DNA from: Parasynechococcus marenigrum WH 8102
Lineage (GTDB): Bacteria; Cyanobacteriota; Cyanobacteriia; PCC-6307; Cyanobiaceae
Assembly: GCF_000195975.1 (NCBI RefSeq)
Contig: NC_005070.1
Span: 1,560,001 to 1,592,000, forward strand
Reading direction: 5' to 3'
DNA length: 32,000 nt
Position 1 is the first letter of the stretch; each line of letters starts with the position of its first letter. Below the pieces are notes generated by a model. That model saw nothing but the letters and a program-made list of their open reading frames with translations, was not told the origin of the DNA and did no database searches. A program made the translations under genes and the position numbers. Shown here piece after piece: positions 8,820 to 17,815 of the stretch.

Positions 8820-9673
8820 CCGGACTGCTGCGTTGTGGCAGTCATTGTCGCCCGTCGTCGCTCCAGCAGGAGGGGGACAGCTGCCGCCGCCACATTCAGC
8901 GACTCCACCCGGGAACTGTGGGGCAATGTCACGGCATGGGTGCAGCAGGCCAGCAGCTCAGGGTGCAGTCCAGCCCCCTCCGTACCCAGCACAAGAGCTG
9001 TCGGCAGCCGCCAGTTGAGCTCCCAATACGGCACCGGACGGATCGGAACTTGAGAACCAGGAACCAAGGTGGCCACCACCTGCATCCCACCGGCGGCAAG
9101 ACGTTTCAGTTCGTCCGTTAGTTGGCTGATTGCTGTGTCTTCATCAGGGCCAAAGCGGTGGTGTGGCAACTGCAGCAGCGCTCCAGCTGAAGCACGCAGG
9201 CTCTTGCTGCCAAGAGGGTCAACGCCCGAGCCCAACCAGACGTTCTGAACATCAGCAGCCAGCGCCGTACGCAACAACGTTCCAAGGTTCCCCGGATCCT
9301 GAATTCGATCCAGCACCAGCAGGAAATGGGCATCCTTCGGTGCCAACGGCAGAGCGCTGTAAGGGCACAAGCTGGCCACGCCATCGGGAGTGACGGTGCT
9401 CAACGCCGCTGTGAGCACCTCATCGGTGACAAGGCGACGGGGTATTGCCTGGTTCACGCCCACCAGGAGCTGAGCGTGCCGCTGATACCAGCGCTCTGTC
9501 GCAATCAACTCAGCCGGCTGAAGCTTGAGTCGCACCAGCTCCTGCAAAAGATGGGTGCCCTCGAGCAACAGAAGTCCTTCCTCCTCGCGTCCTGCACGGC
9601 TGGACAAGGAGCGCAACCGCTTGACCAGAGGGTTCCTGCGGCTGCTGATCAATGTGTCCGACACACCCAGCAA
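8816..9673 (-). CDS. SpoU/TrmH-family RNA 2'-O-methyltransferase
   Basis: SpoU methylase motifs 'LVLDRIQDPGNLGTLLRTA', 'LVLGTEGAGL' and 'SLNVAAAA'. The stop overlaps the lpdA GTG start (GTGA). The start is TTG 9673 or GTG 9664. Confidence 0.85.
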   Translation of the reverse strand: MLGVSDTLISSRRNPLVKRLRSLSSRAGREEEGLLLLEGTHLLQELVRLKLQPAELIATERWYQRHAQLLVGVNQAIPRRLVTDEVLTAALSTVTPDGVASLCPYSALPLAPKDAHFLLVLDRIQDPGNLGTLLRTALAADVQNVWLGSGVDPLGSKSLRASAGALLQLPHHRFGPDEDTAISQLTDELKRLAAGGMQVVATLVPGSQVPIRPVPYWELNWRLPTALVLGTEGAGLHPELLACCTHAVTLPHSSRVESLNVAAAAVPLLLERRRATMTATTQQSG

Positions 9674-9681
9674 GCCGTTGA

Positions 9682-9930
9682 TCAGAAGCTTGTGTGCTTA
9701 CGAATCTTGACTTCTTTGTTCAGCGACAGATCAGAACCATCGAGGTCCAGTCCGTTGATGGCTGCGATTTCCCCCTTCAACCCTTCCGCTGCCAGGTTTT
9801 CAATCATTTTTTTGATCACCTGGTCTTCGACCGCCGATTGGTCAATCGAATCAGGCGTCAGACGCTCCAAAAAACGACCGACCTTGGAAGCGACGACTTC
9901 AGAAGCATTTGAAATCTTCAGGACGATCAT
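9682..9930 (-). CDS. Small hypothetical protein (82 aa)
   Basis: ATG-initiated ORF filling the gap upstream of the methyltransferase. Acidic, soluble-looking composition. No motif recognised. Confidence 0.5.
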   Translation of the reverse strand: MIVLKISNASEVVASKVGRFLERLTPDSIDQSAVEDQVIKKMIENLAAEGLKGEIAAINGLDLDGSDLSLNKEVKIRKHTSF

Positions 9931-9964
9931 GACTGGGGAGAAGACGATCTCCAGTCAACGGTAG

Positions 9965-10048
9965 TGCGGATGGGGAGACTTGAACTCCCACGATGTTGCC
10001 ACCACTAGTACCTGAAACTAGCGCGTCTACCAATTCCGCCACATCCGC
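9965..10048 (-). tRNA. tRNA-Leu (anticodon CAG)
   Basis: Manual fold: acceptor GCGGATG/CATCCGC, D arm GCG-GAATTGGTAGA-CGC, anticodon arm CTAGT-TTCAGGT-ACTAG, long variable arm, T arm GGGAG-TTCAAGT-CTCCC. No encoded CCA. Confidence 0.9.
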
Positions 10049-10206
10049 TGGCGTGTCGCTCAAGCGACCCAGAGAACATACGGCATCGTCCCCCCTGGCC
10101 CCGAAACCTCAATTCTGTGACCGTTGAAACCAGTTTTAGTGCCGGCCGTCTAGACGGTCTCACATCTGATTGTCAAACTGCGTGAAATTTGGAAGTAGGG
10201 CGGGAA

Positions 10207-11508
10207 ATGACAGTGGCGTCCACCGTGTCTCAAGAGATTCTTAATCACTGCCTTGCAATTGAAGGGCAACGTCGTCTTCAGGGTGTGTTGAAGGTCAGCG
10301 GAGCGAAGAATTCAGCCCTGGTGCTGATGACCGCCAGTCTTCTCACTGAAGAGCTTGTGGAACTGATCAACGTTCCCAACCTCACTGATATCGCAGGGAT
10401 GGGCAGGATCCTGTCAGCCCTCGGCGTCCAGGTTGAGCACTCCGGCAACGGCGTCGCATTGAACGCTGGGAATCTCACCAGTCATGAGCCCCCCTACGAA
10501 CTGGTCAACAGCCTGCGCGCCAGTTTCTTTTGCATCGGTTCACTGCTGGGACGTCTTGGTCACGCAAGGGTGCCCCTGCCCGGGGGTTGTCGCATCGGGG
10601 CTCGTCCTGTTGTTGAACACATCCGAGGATTGAAAGCCCTGGGGGCGCACGTCAGTGTTGAACACGGCATCGTTTCGGCGTGCGTCAAAGGCAGCAAGAA
10701 GCGACTGACAGGCGCACCCATCGTTCTGGATTGCCCGAGCGTTGGAGCTACCGAAACATTGCTGATGGCAGCAGTGCTGGCCACCGGCACCACCACGATT
10801 GAAAACGCCGCCCACGAACCCGAGGTTCAGGATCTGGCCAACCTGCTGATCCAGATGGGTGCGGACATCAGCGGCGCCGGCGGACCGGTGATCACCATCC
10901 ATGGTGTCGAGCGTCTTGCAGGAGTGAGCAACTACCCGGTCATCCCCGACAGGATCGAAGCGGGCACTTTTTTGATCGCCGCAGCAATCACCCGATCACC
11001 ATTGCGGGTGGAACCGGTGATTCCTGAGCACCTCAGTGCTGTTCTGCAAAAGCTGCGGGACTGTGGCTGCCAGCTGGAGATCGATCAGACAGGAATCTCC
11101 ATCACCCCCGGTGACATCCAGGCGGTCGACATCACCACCCAACCGTTCCCTGGCTTCCCGACCGATCTTCAGGCCCCGTTCATGGCGTTGATGGCCACCG
11201 CACAGGGGACCAGCGTAATCAGCGAAAAGATTTATGAGAACAGGCTTCAGCACGTCGCTGAACTTCAGCGCATGGGGGCCTCCATCCGCGTGGACGGCAG
11301 CACCGCCATCGTTGAAGGTGTTGCACAGCTCAGTGCGGCGCCTGTCACGGGCAGTGACCTGAGAGCCGCAGCAGCCATGGTGCTGGCAGGTCTTGCGGCG
11401 AATGGCACCACCAAGGTGTCTGGCCTCAAGCATCTCTATCGCGGCTACGACAAGGTTGAAGCCAAGCTGAACGCCGTTGGTGCGCAACTCGAACGGCAGC
11501 AGGGCTGA
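10207..11508 (+). CDS. murA: UDP-N-acetylglucosamine 1-carboxyvinyltransferase
   Basis: Full-length EPSP-synthase-fold MurA: 'SGAKNSAL', 'GCRIGARPV' (catalytic Cys loop) and 'GFPTDLQA'. ATG 10207 chosen over the upstream TTG at 10189. Confidence 0.95.
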   Translation: MTVASTVSQEILNHCLAIEGQRRLQGVLKVSGAKNSALVLMTASLLTEELVELINVPNLTDIAGMGRILSALGVQVEHSGNGVALNAGNLTSHEPPYELVNSLRASFFCIGSLLGRLGHARVPLPGGCRIGARPVVEHIRGLKALGAHVSVEHGIVSACVKGSKKRLTGAPIVLDCPSVGATETLLMAAVLATGTTTIENAAHEPEVQDLANLLIQMGADISGAGGPVITIHGVERLAGVSNYPVIPDRIEAGTFLIAAAITRSPLRVEPVIPEHLSAVLQKLRDCGCQLEIDQTGISITPGDIQAVDITTQPFPGFPTDLQAPFMALMATAQGTSVISEKIYENRLQHVAELQRMGASIRVDGSTAIVEGVAQLSAAPVTGSDLRAAAAMVLAGLAANGTTKVSGLKHLYRGYDKVEAKLNAVGAQLERQQG

Positions 11509-11542
11509 AGTCGGGAGCATCACTACATACAATCCCTGATAC

Positions 11543-11625
11543 GGGAGCCTGGCGGAATTGGTAGACGCAGCTGACTCAAAATCAGCCGGCCACTGGTCTT
11601 GGGGGTTCAAGTCCCCCGGCTCCCA
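11543..11625 (+). tRNA. tRNA-Leu (anticodon CAA)
   Basis: Manual fold: acceptor GGGAGCC/GGCTCCC, anticodon arm GCTGA-CTCAAAA-TCAGC, long variable arm, T arm GGGGG-TTCAAGT-CCCCC. No encoded CCA. Confidence 0.9.
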
Positions 11626-11638
11626 TCCAGAGGCGGTG

Positions 11639-12820
11639 ATGAACACCTACAACCGCTTCCCCCTCACCTTGGTGCGGGGACGTGGTTGCTGGGTCTGGGA
11701 TGACCAAGGCCGACGCCATCTCGATGCCGTTGCAGGCATTGCCACCGACACCCTTGGCCATAGCGACCGTGCCCTGCGCCGCAGCCTCGGTCGTCAACTC
11801 CGCCGTCTCCAGCACGTTTCCAACCTCTATCGGATTCCCGAGCAGGACGCTCTGGCCACCTGGTTGGTGCAGCACAGCTGTGCTGACAGCGTTTTTTTCT
11901 GCAACTCCGGCGCTGAAGCCAATGAAGCGGCCATCAAGCTCGCTCGAAAGCACGGCCATCTGAAGCGCGGCATCGACAGGCCGCGGATTCTCACCGCTTC
12001 AGCCAGCTTCCATGGCCGCACCCTGGCAGCCGTGAGCGCCACCGGCCAGCCGCGCTACCACCAGGGCTTCGAACCGATGGTTGAGGGCTTCGATTACTTC
12101 CCTTACAACGACATCCATGCTTTCGAGTCGTTGCTCGAACGCCATGAAGCCAACGGACCGGCGGTGGCGGCCGTGCTGCTTGAACCTCTGCAGGGTGAAG
12201 GGGGGGTTCACCCCGGCGATGCCGGCTTCTTCCAGCGCCTGCGACACCTCTGCAGCGAGCGCAACATCCTGCTGATCCTGGATGAGGTGCAGGTGGGCAT
12301 GGGCCGCAGCGGTCGGCTCTGGGGCTACGAACAGCTCGGCATCGAACCGGACGCCTTCACCCTGGCCAAGGGACTGGGGGGCGGCCATGCCATCGGCGCC
12401 CTGCTGGTGAACGCCAAAGCGGATGTGTTCGAGCCCGGTGATCACGCCAGCACATTCGGTGGCAACCCCTTTGCCTGCACCGCTGGACTGACCGTGGCGC
12501 AGGAAATTCAGCGCAGGGGATTGCTGCGCAATGTGGAGGAACGTGGGCAGCAGCTGCAGCAGGGAATCCAGGGTCTCGTCGCGCGTTACCCCCAGCTGTT
12601 GCAGGGAGTGCGCGGCTGGGGCCTGCTTCAGGGCCTGGTGCTGCATCAGGACTGTGGTGTCACAGCTCCACAGCTGGCGAAGGCCGCGATTGAGCAGCGG
12701 CTTCTGCTGGTGGCAGCTGGAGCGACTGTGCTGCGGATGGTGCCTCCTCTGGTGATCTCCGCCAACGAGGTGCGGCAATTGCTCAGACGACTGGACGCGA
12801 CCCTCGCTGAGCTGGTCTGA
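11639..12820 (+). CDS. argD: Acetylornithine aminotransferase (class-III PLP aminotransferase)
   Basis: Motifs 'FFCNSGAEANEAAIKLARK', 'LILDEVQVGMGRSG' and 'TLAKGLGGG' (PLP Lys). ATG 11639 with GAGG at 11630-11633. The longer tracked ORF runs through the tRNA. Confidence 0.9.
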   Translation: MNTYNRFPLTLVRGRGCWVWDDQGRRHLDAVAGIATDTLGHSDRALRRSLGRQLRRLQHVSNLYRIPEQDALATWLVQHSCADSVFFCNSGAEANEAAIKLARKHGHLKRGIDRPRILTASASFHGRTLAAVSATGQPRYHQGFEPMVEGFDYFPYNDIHAFESLLERHEANGPAVAAVLLEPLQGEGGVHPGDAGFFQRLRHLCSERNILLILDEVQVGMGRSGRLWGYEQLGIEPDAFTLAKGLGGGHAIGALLVNAKADVFEPGDHASTFGGNPFACTAGLTVAQEIQRRGLLRNVEERGQQLQQGIQGLVARYPQLLQGVRGWGLLQGLVLHQDCGVTAPQLAKAAIEQRLLLVAAGATVLRMVPPLVISANEVRQLLRRLDATLAELV

Positions 12821-12828
12821 TCGCCGCG

Positions 12829-14052
12829 ATGGCGGAACATCAGCTATCGGATCTGATCCCGCGCTTTGATCTGCGGGGCATGGACCTGCAGCTGGGGCGG
12901 ATGCGCCTTGCCCTTCAGGCCCTGGGGTCTCCCTGTGGAGACATTCCTGCGATTCAGGTGGCTGGAACCAACGGCAAGGGCTCAATTGCTAGCTTTCTCA
13001 GCGCAGCGCTGCAGCAGGCAGGCCTCCGCAGTGGCGTCACCACCTCCCCTCACCTGGTGAGCTGGTGTGAGCGGATCGCGATTGATGGCATCCCCATCAG
13101 CGAAGGCCATCTCCGCCAGCTCTTGCTGGCCCAGCAAGAGCTCTGCGCTGAGCATCAGCTCACCCCCTTCGAGCAACTGCTCACCGCAGCCCTGGCGCAC
13201 TTTCACGCCGAGGCTGTTGAGCTGTTGGTGCTTGAGGTGGGATTGGGGGGTCGGCTGGATGCCACCACCGCCCATCCCAATCGACCTGTGATCGCCATGG
13301 CCAGCATCGGCCTCGACCACTGTGAACACCTGGGGGCCACCCTGACGGCCATCGCCGAGGAGAAGGCCGCCGTGATCACACCAGGATCACGGGTGATCAG
13401 CTCAGACCAACCGGAGCCGGTACGGCTGGTGCTGGAACAGACCTGCAGGGCCAATAACGCGGATCTGCAGTGGGTTGATCCTCTGCCCAGCGACTGGACT
13501 CTGGGGCTTGCTGGAAGCTGGCAGCGCCGCAACGCGGCCGTGGCCCGTGGAGCGCTGCAGGCTCTGCAGCCTCTGGGATGGAACCTGGATGAGACCACGA
13601 TGCGGGCTGGATTTGCCAAGGCCAGTTGGAGCGGCCGCCTGCAGACCGTGACCTGGCGGGGCCATCCGCTTCTTCTCGATGGCGCCCACAACCCACCCGC
13701 CGCGCAGCAACTGGCCCTGGAGCGGCAGCGCTGGCAAGGCCATGGGCAGGGTGTGGTGTGGATCCTCGGCATCCAAGCCCACAAGCAAGCGCTGGAGATG
13801 CTGCAGCTGCTGCTGCAGCCCCAGGATCAGGCCTGGATCGTGCCGGTCTCCAACCACCGCAGCTGGACGCGTGATGCACTCCTGCAAACCATGCCGCACT
13901 GGAAGGATCAGCTCATTGATGCCGCCAGTCCTGAGGATGCGCTGAAGCGAATCGAAGAAACCAGAGACTGGCCTCAACCGATGCCTGTGCTCGCCGGTTC
14001 CCTGTATCTGATCGGGGATCTGCTCGAGCAGGGGTTGGTGCAGGCAGAGTGA
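12829..14052 (+). CDS. folC: Folylpolyglutamate synthase / dihydrofolate synthase
   Basis: Mur-ligase P-loop 'VAGTNGKGS' with FolC-like length and C-terminal domain. Confidence 0.9.
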   Translation: MAEHQLSDLIPRFDLRGMDLQLGRMRLALQALGSPCGDIPAIQVAGTNGKGSIASFLSAALQQAGLRSGVTTSPHLVSWCERIAIDGIPISEGHLRQLLLAQQELCAEHQLTPFEQLLTAALAHFHAEAVELLVLEVGLGGRLDATTAHPNRPVIAMASIGLDHCEHLGATLTAIAEEKAAVITPGSRVISSDQPEPVRLVLEQTCRANNADLQWVDPLPSDWTLGLAGSWQRRNAAVARGALQALQPLGWNLDETTMRAGFAKASWSGRLQTVTWRGHPLLLDGAHNPPAAQQLALERQRWQGHGQGVVWILGIQAHKQALEMLQLLLQPQDQAWIVPVSNHRSWTRDALLQTMPHWKDQLIDAASPEDALKRIEETRDWPQPMPVLAGSLYLIGDLLEQGLVQAE

Positions 14053-14588
14053 ATCCTCTCTGCGCCGGATCGATGCTGACCTTGTTGCTGTCGCTGCTGT
14101 TGCCTCTGCTGGTCCTGGTGCTGCCCGCAACGGCCCTCGACACCTCAGCTGGAGTTGGTCTGCAGGACCGGGCGTTGTTTCAGGAGACCGTGGACTACAC
14201 CCTGACCAACCAGAGCGGTGGCGACTTTCATGGTCAGCATCTGGCCAACACGTCCTTTGCCGGTGCCGTCGGCCGTGGAGCGAACTTCAGCGGTGCCGAT
14301 CTGCACGGCGCGATCTTCACGCAGGGTGCTTTTGCCGAAGCCGATTTCAGCGGCGCGGATCTCTCCGATGCGCTGATGGATCGAGCTGACTTCGCTGGCA
14401 CGAATCTGCGCGACGCCGTTCTGACCGGAATCATCGCGTCGGGCAGCAGCTTCAGCGATGCGCAGATCGCGGGAGCCGACTTCAGTGATGCCCTTCTGGA
14501 TCTTGATGACCAGCGGCGCCTCTGCCGCGACGCCGACGGAGTCAACCCCGTGACAGGTGTGGCGACCCTGGACAGCCTGGGCTGCTGA
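14049..14588 (+). CDS. Pentapeptide-repeat protein with N-terminal signal peptide
   Basis: Tandem A(D/N)LXX repeats ('ANFSGADLHGAIFTQGAFAEADFSGADLSDALMDRADFAGTNLRDAVL'). Hydrophobic N-terminus ending 'ATA-LD'. The start is GTG 14049 (GTGA overlap with the folC stop) or ATG 14073. Confidence 0.8.
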   Translation: MNPLCAGSMLTLLLSLLLPLLVLVLPATALDTSAGVGLQDRALFQETVDYTLTNQSGGDFHGQHLANTSFAGAVGRGANFSGADLHGAIFTQGAFAEADFSGADLSDALMDRADFAGTNLRDAVLTGIIASGSSFSDAQIAGADFSDALLDLDDQRRLCRDADGVNPVTGVATLDSLGC

Positions 14589-15933
14589 TCGATTCCAGCC
14601 AACCCCGCAACTTGCCAGGATTCAGCAGGCCCTCGGGGTCATAGCGATGTTTGGCAGCCACCTGATCGCCGTCCACCACGCCAAGGCCCCCATCTTCAAC
14701 GGTGATCACATGGGGGTTGAACAGAACGGCTCCCACCTCACGGCAATCCCTCATCAACGCATCCAGTTGCTCTGTGCTGCTCCAGCGGACCAGGGGAAGT
14801 GCCGCCAGACGCGCTGCCCCCTGCTGGCGGACCCCTTCCAGGTGCCACAGCAACGCATCGCCCCATCGCTGCTTCAGCTGCTCCATCGCAGGCAGCTCAG
14901 GCTCCGGTAGCAACATCTGCAGATAGGTCCAGCCGGCATCCTCGGAACGCTTGTGCAGGGTGGTGTGGTTCCAACTCAAGTCGCGCAGACCTTGCCCCCC
15001 CCCAAGATCCTCAGGGCCAAGGTCATGCAGCACGGCACCGGATGCGGCCGCCAGTCGGGCCAAGGTGCTCACGCCATCCGGAGCCACTAACAACAGCAGC
15101 CGGTGGCGGTCCGATTCAGGGCCACTCCAAGCTGGCAGACATTGCAGAACAGATCGCTCCAAGAGGGTGGCAAGGTGCAACTCCACCGCAGAACGAGTGC
15201 AACGCTGCAGAAGTGCCACGGCAGCGCCCCAGGTCTCCACATCGATGCTGATCTGGTGCCAGTTGACCGCGGGTGCCGTGGCCAACTGCAAGCGGGTCAG
15301 GATGCCGTTGGTGCCATAGGCGTGGTTCAACGCCTCCGCCTCGGTGGCATCCAGCTGCAGACGTCGTGGTTCCCGTTCCACGGTGATGAGCTCGGCACCC
15401 AGGAGATGGCCTGGGTCGCGCAGAAAGCCCCAGCGGATTGACCCGATGCCGCCGGAGCCACCAGCCAGAAACCCACCGATGGACGCACTGCGCCAGGTGC
15501 TGGGTAGCAATCGCAACTGGCGGCCATGGGCCCGCAGATGCTGGTCGAGATCCCGCATCAGGCAACCGGGCTGCACCATCACCACCCCAGTGGATGGGTC
15601 CAGGTGCTCCACCTCCCGCAGTGCCCCGCTGAGCATGACGACTCCCCCCTCCAGCGGGACGGATTGGCCGTAGTTGCCGGTGCCTGAGCCGCGCAGGGTC
15701 AGGGGGACGCCATGGCGTCCACAGGCCGCTGCCAACCGCTCCACCCCGGCGACGGTCAAGGGCCGGACCACCAGATCCGCCCTGCAGGATTCGAGCTGCG
15801 GTTGCAGGATCGGCGAATAGTCGTACGCGTCTTTGGAATAGCGCTGCAGGTCTGCAGCTCCCTGGAGCAACTCCAGGTCGTCCGCAGTTGCGAGCTCCGC
15901 TGCCAGGGTTGTCAGGGATTCCGTAGACGCCAT
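14542..15933 (-). CDS. FAD-binding (PCMH type-4) oxidoreductase, substrate unknown
   Basis: FAD-binding motif 'LRGSGTGNYGQSVP' and C-terminal 'DPEGLLNPGKL', typical of FAD-linked oxidases. ATG 15933 chosen so that it does not overlap the upstream gene. Confidence 0.85.
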   Translation of the reverse strand: MASTESLTTLAAELATADDLELLQGAADLQRYSKDAYDYSPILQPQLESCRADLVVRPLTVAGVERLAAACGRHGVPLTLRGSGTGNYGQSVPLEGGVVMLSGALREVEHLDPSTGVVMVQPGCLMRDLDQHLRAHGRQLRLLPSTWRSASIGGFLAGGSGGIGSIRWGFLRDPGHLLGAELITVEREPRRLQLDATEAEALNHAYGTNGILTRLQLATAPAVNWHQISIDVETWGAAVALLQRCTRSAVELHLATLLERSVLQCLPAWSGPESDRHRLLLLVAPDGVSTLARLAAASGAVLHDLGPEDLGGGQGLRDLSWNHTTLHKRSEDAGWTYLQMLLPEPELPAMEQLKQRWGDALLWHLEGVRQQGAARLAALPLVRWSSTEQLDALMRDCREVGAVLFNPHVITVEDGGLGVVDGDQVAAKHRYDPEGLLNPGKLRGWLESISSPGCPGSPHLSRG

Positions 15934-15961
15934 CAACCGCGGTGGAACATCAAGGTGCGGT

Positions 15962-17212
15962 CTAGCGCCTTCCGGGCTTCCACCAACGACCACCAATCAA
16001 CACCCGCCGCTCCGGTGGGCGGCGCAGCGCCTCCGACCAACTGTCCGCCTCCAGCACGATCAGATCGGCTGGTGCATCGCAGCCGATCCGTCCATCCCAG
16101 CCCAGACCCATCACAGCAGAGGCGGCCGTGGTGAAGGGCGAGAGGCCCAGACGTTGCCAGGGGGCCAACTGGGCCAGGGGAAGGCAGCTGGCCATCAGGG
16201 CCAACGGGTCAAAGTCTCCTGCTGGGAACCAAGGGTCAGCGACGTTGTCGCCACCCACCGCCACCCGAACACCCGCCCGCTGCAGTTGCCGGATCGGGGC
16301 AAGCGGCCTGCGCAATGGAGTGGCCTCCGGTGAATGGCCCAGCAACCATCCATTGGTCAACGGCAGCGCCACCACCTGCAGCCGATGCTCCGCCATCCGC
16401 TCAGCCAGGCGTCGCAGGCGCTGCGGTGATAACAAAGCAAGGCTGCTGGCATGGCTGCAGGTGATCGGCTGCCTGCAGGGAACCTGCTCGAGCGCCCTGA
16501 GCAGCTGCTGCAGTCCTTGAGCAGGACCATGGTTCGCCTCGTCGATATGCAGGTCAACACCACAGCTGAGCTCCTCCGCCAACGTCAGCAGGGCGCGCAG
16601 ATCCCGCCGAACGGATGTACCGCGGCAGGGGGGCACCAGAACACCCCCGAGCAACCCAGCACTGGCCGCGACCCGCTGGGCCAGCTGTTTTCCTTCAGTG
16701 GTTGACCAGTGAGCGATGGGCACCAAGGCCACCAGCTGCAGCTCCACCTGGCCATGCCATTGCGCCTTCAACGCCTGCAGCGCCTCCCAGCTGGCATCCG
16801 CGCCGGGCCCCAGGCTGTCGATGTGGCTGCGCATGGCCCGCAGACCGTGCTCACAGGCCCTGGAGATGGCCTTGTCACCCCGGGCCAGCACCGCCTGCAG
16901 GTCACGGATTCCATGCTCGTTCATGTTGGCCTCAAGGGCACCGTCGTAGGTGCCGCCGAGGTTGGGATGGGTCGACCAGGTGAAAGCCTTATCGAGGTGC
17001 ACATGGGGGTCCACCAATCGCGGCAACACCAGTGCTTTTAAATGATCGGCTGGTGTGCCGAGCAGCTCGGGTTCCTGCAGACGCCCATCTGCCCAGGACA
17101 ACCTCACAGGGGTCAGCCCCTCGGCTGTGGCGGCGGGGATGGCCGATCCACTTCGCAGACGCAGCAGGCTTCGCGGCAGCCATGCCTCCAGCTGAGAGGA
17201 CGCTTCGCTCAC
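15962..17212 (-). CDS. Amidohydrolase-superfamily protein, cytosine-deaminase (CodA)-like
   Basis: HxH metal motif 'DPHVHLDKAF', later 'MRSHID' and 'DLHIDE'. Length is about 416 aa. GTG start overlaps the upstream stop (GTGA). Confidence 0.8.
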   Translation of the reverse strand: MSEASSQLEAWLPRSLLRLRSGSAIPAATAEGLTPVRLSWADGRLQEPELLGTPADHLKALVLPRLVDPHVHLDKAFTWSTHPNLGGTYDGALEANMNEHGIRDLQAVLARGDKAISRACEHGLRAMRSHIDSLGPGADASWEALQALKAQWHGQVELQLVALVPIAHWSTTEGKQLAQRVAASAGLLGGVLVPPCRGTSVRRDLRALLTLAEELSCGVDLHIDEANHGPAQGLQQLLRALEQVPCRQPITCSHASSLALLSPQRLRRLAERMAEHRLQVVALPLTNGWLLGHSPEATPLRRPLAPIRQLQRAGVRVAVGGDNVADPWFPAGDFDPLALMASCLPLAQLAPWQRLGLSPFTTAASAVMGLGWDGRIGCDAPADLIVLEADSWSEALRRPPERRVLIGGRWWKPGRR

Positions 17213-17640
17213 TCGAGGCTGCCCGGGTCGCTCACGGTTCGCAGCAGCACAAACTGCCCAGCGACGCCGAGGGTCAGCACTTCAACCTCCGGCAAGGTCA
17301 GCCCGGGAAGCAATTGCTGCCCACCGACTTTGGTGGTGAACAGGCTGACGACGCCAAGGTTGAGGCGTGAGGTGACATTGACGGCCAAAGCCGCGAGAGC
17401 GGCCTGCTGTGATGCCACCAATCCAGGACAGTCGCGGATCCACAGCTGCAGCACCATCGGCAGCTCTTCGCCTTGGCACAACTCACTGGAGAAAAAGGCG
17501 ACCAACTGCTCGCCGGCATGCTCCTCGTAATCCTCCATGGAAGGGTTGGTCACGACGAGACCCAAACCAACCCCGACCGTGACGAATGCTGCCAGTGCGG
17601 CCGCGATGGGGCCTTGTCGTTGAAGGACGGAGCGCAGCAC
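17209..17640 (-). CDS. Small hypothetical membrane-anchored protein (143 aa)
   Basis: N-terminal TM 'IAAALAAFVTVGVGLGLVV'. It is the first gene of the minus-strand operon. GTG start. It may belong to a cyanobacterial DUF family, but that is from memory only. Confidence 0.55.
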   Translation of the reverse strand: MLRSVLQRQGPIAAALAAFVTVGVGLGLVVTNPSMEDYEEHAGEQLVAFFSSELCQGEELPMVLQLWIRDCPGLVASQQAALAALAVNVTSRLNLGVVSLFTTKVGGQQLLPGLTLPEVEVLTLGVAGQFVLLRTVSDPGSLE

Positions 17641-17681
17641 CCGGTCAGCTGGGACACGAATTGGTAGATTCTCACTGACGC

Positions 17682-17755
17682 GGCGGGCGTCGCCAAGTGG
17701 TTAAGGCAGCGGCTTGTGGCGCCGCTATTCGGGGGTTCGAATCCCCTCGCTCGCC
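17682..17755 (+). tRNA. tRNA-His (anticodon GTG) with genomically encoded G-1
   Basis: Manual fold: G-1 at 17682 opposite discriminator C17755, acceptor GCGGGCG/CGCTCGC, anticodon arm GCGGC-TTGTGGC-GCCGC, T arm GGGGG-TTCGAAT-CCCCT. Confidence 0.9.
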
Positions 17756-17768
17756 CTCACCAACATGA

Positions 17769-17798
17769 TTCCAGTGTCAGTGATGTAACACACTGGAA
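17769..17798 (+). other. Perfect 9-bp stem-loop downstream of tRNA-His
   Basis: TTCCAGTGT (17769-17777) pairs with ACACTGGAA (17790-17798), with a 12-nt loop. No T-tract follows, so it is not a canonical intrinsic terminator. Confidence 0.4.
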
Positions 17799-17815
17799 AC
17801 GGCTCTGATCCAAAC

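Noticed and set aside
10023-10041. A 19-nt inverted repeat (TGGCGGAATTGGTAGACGC, partner at 11550-11568) flanking murA, suggesting an invertible segment
   Set aside because: The repeat is simply the conserved D-arm region shared by the two tRNA-Leu genes in opposite orientation. There is no recombinase and no other sign of inversion.
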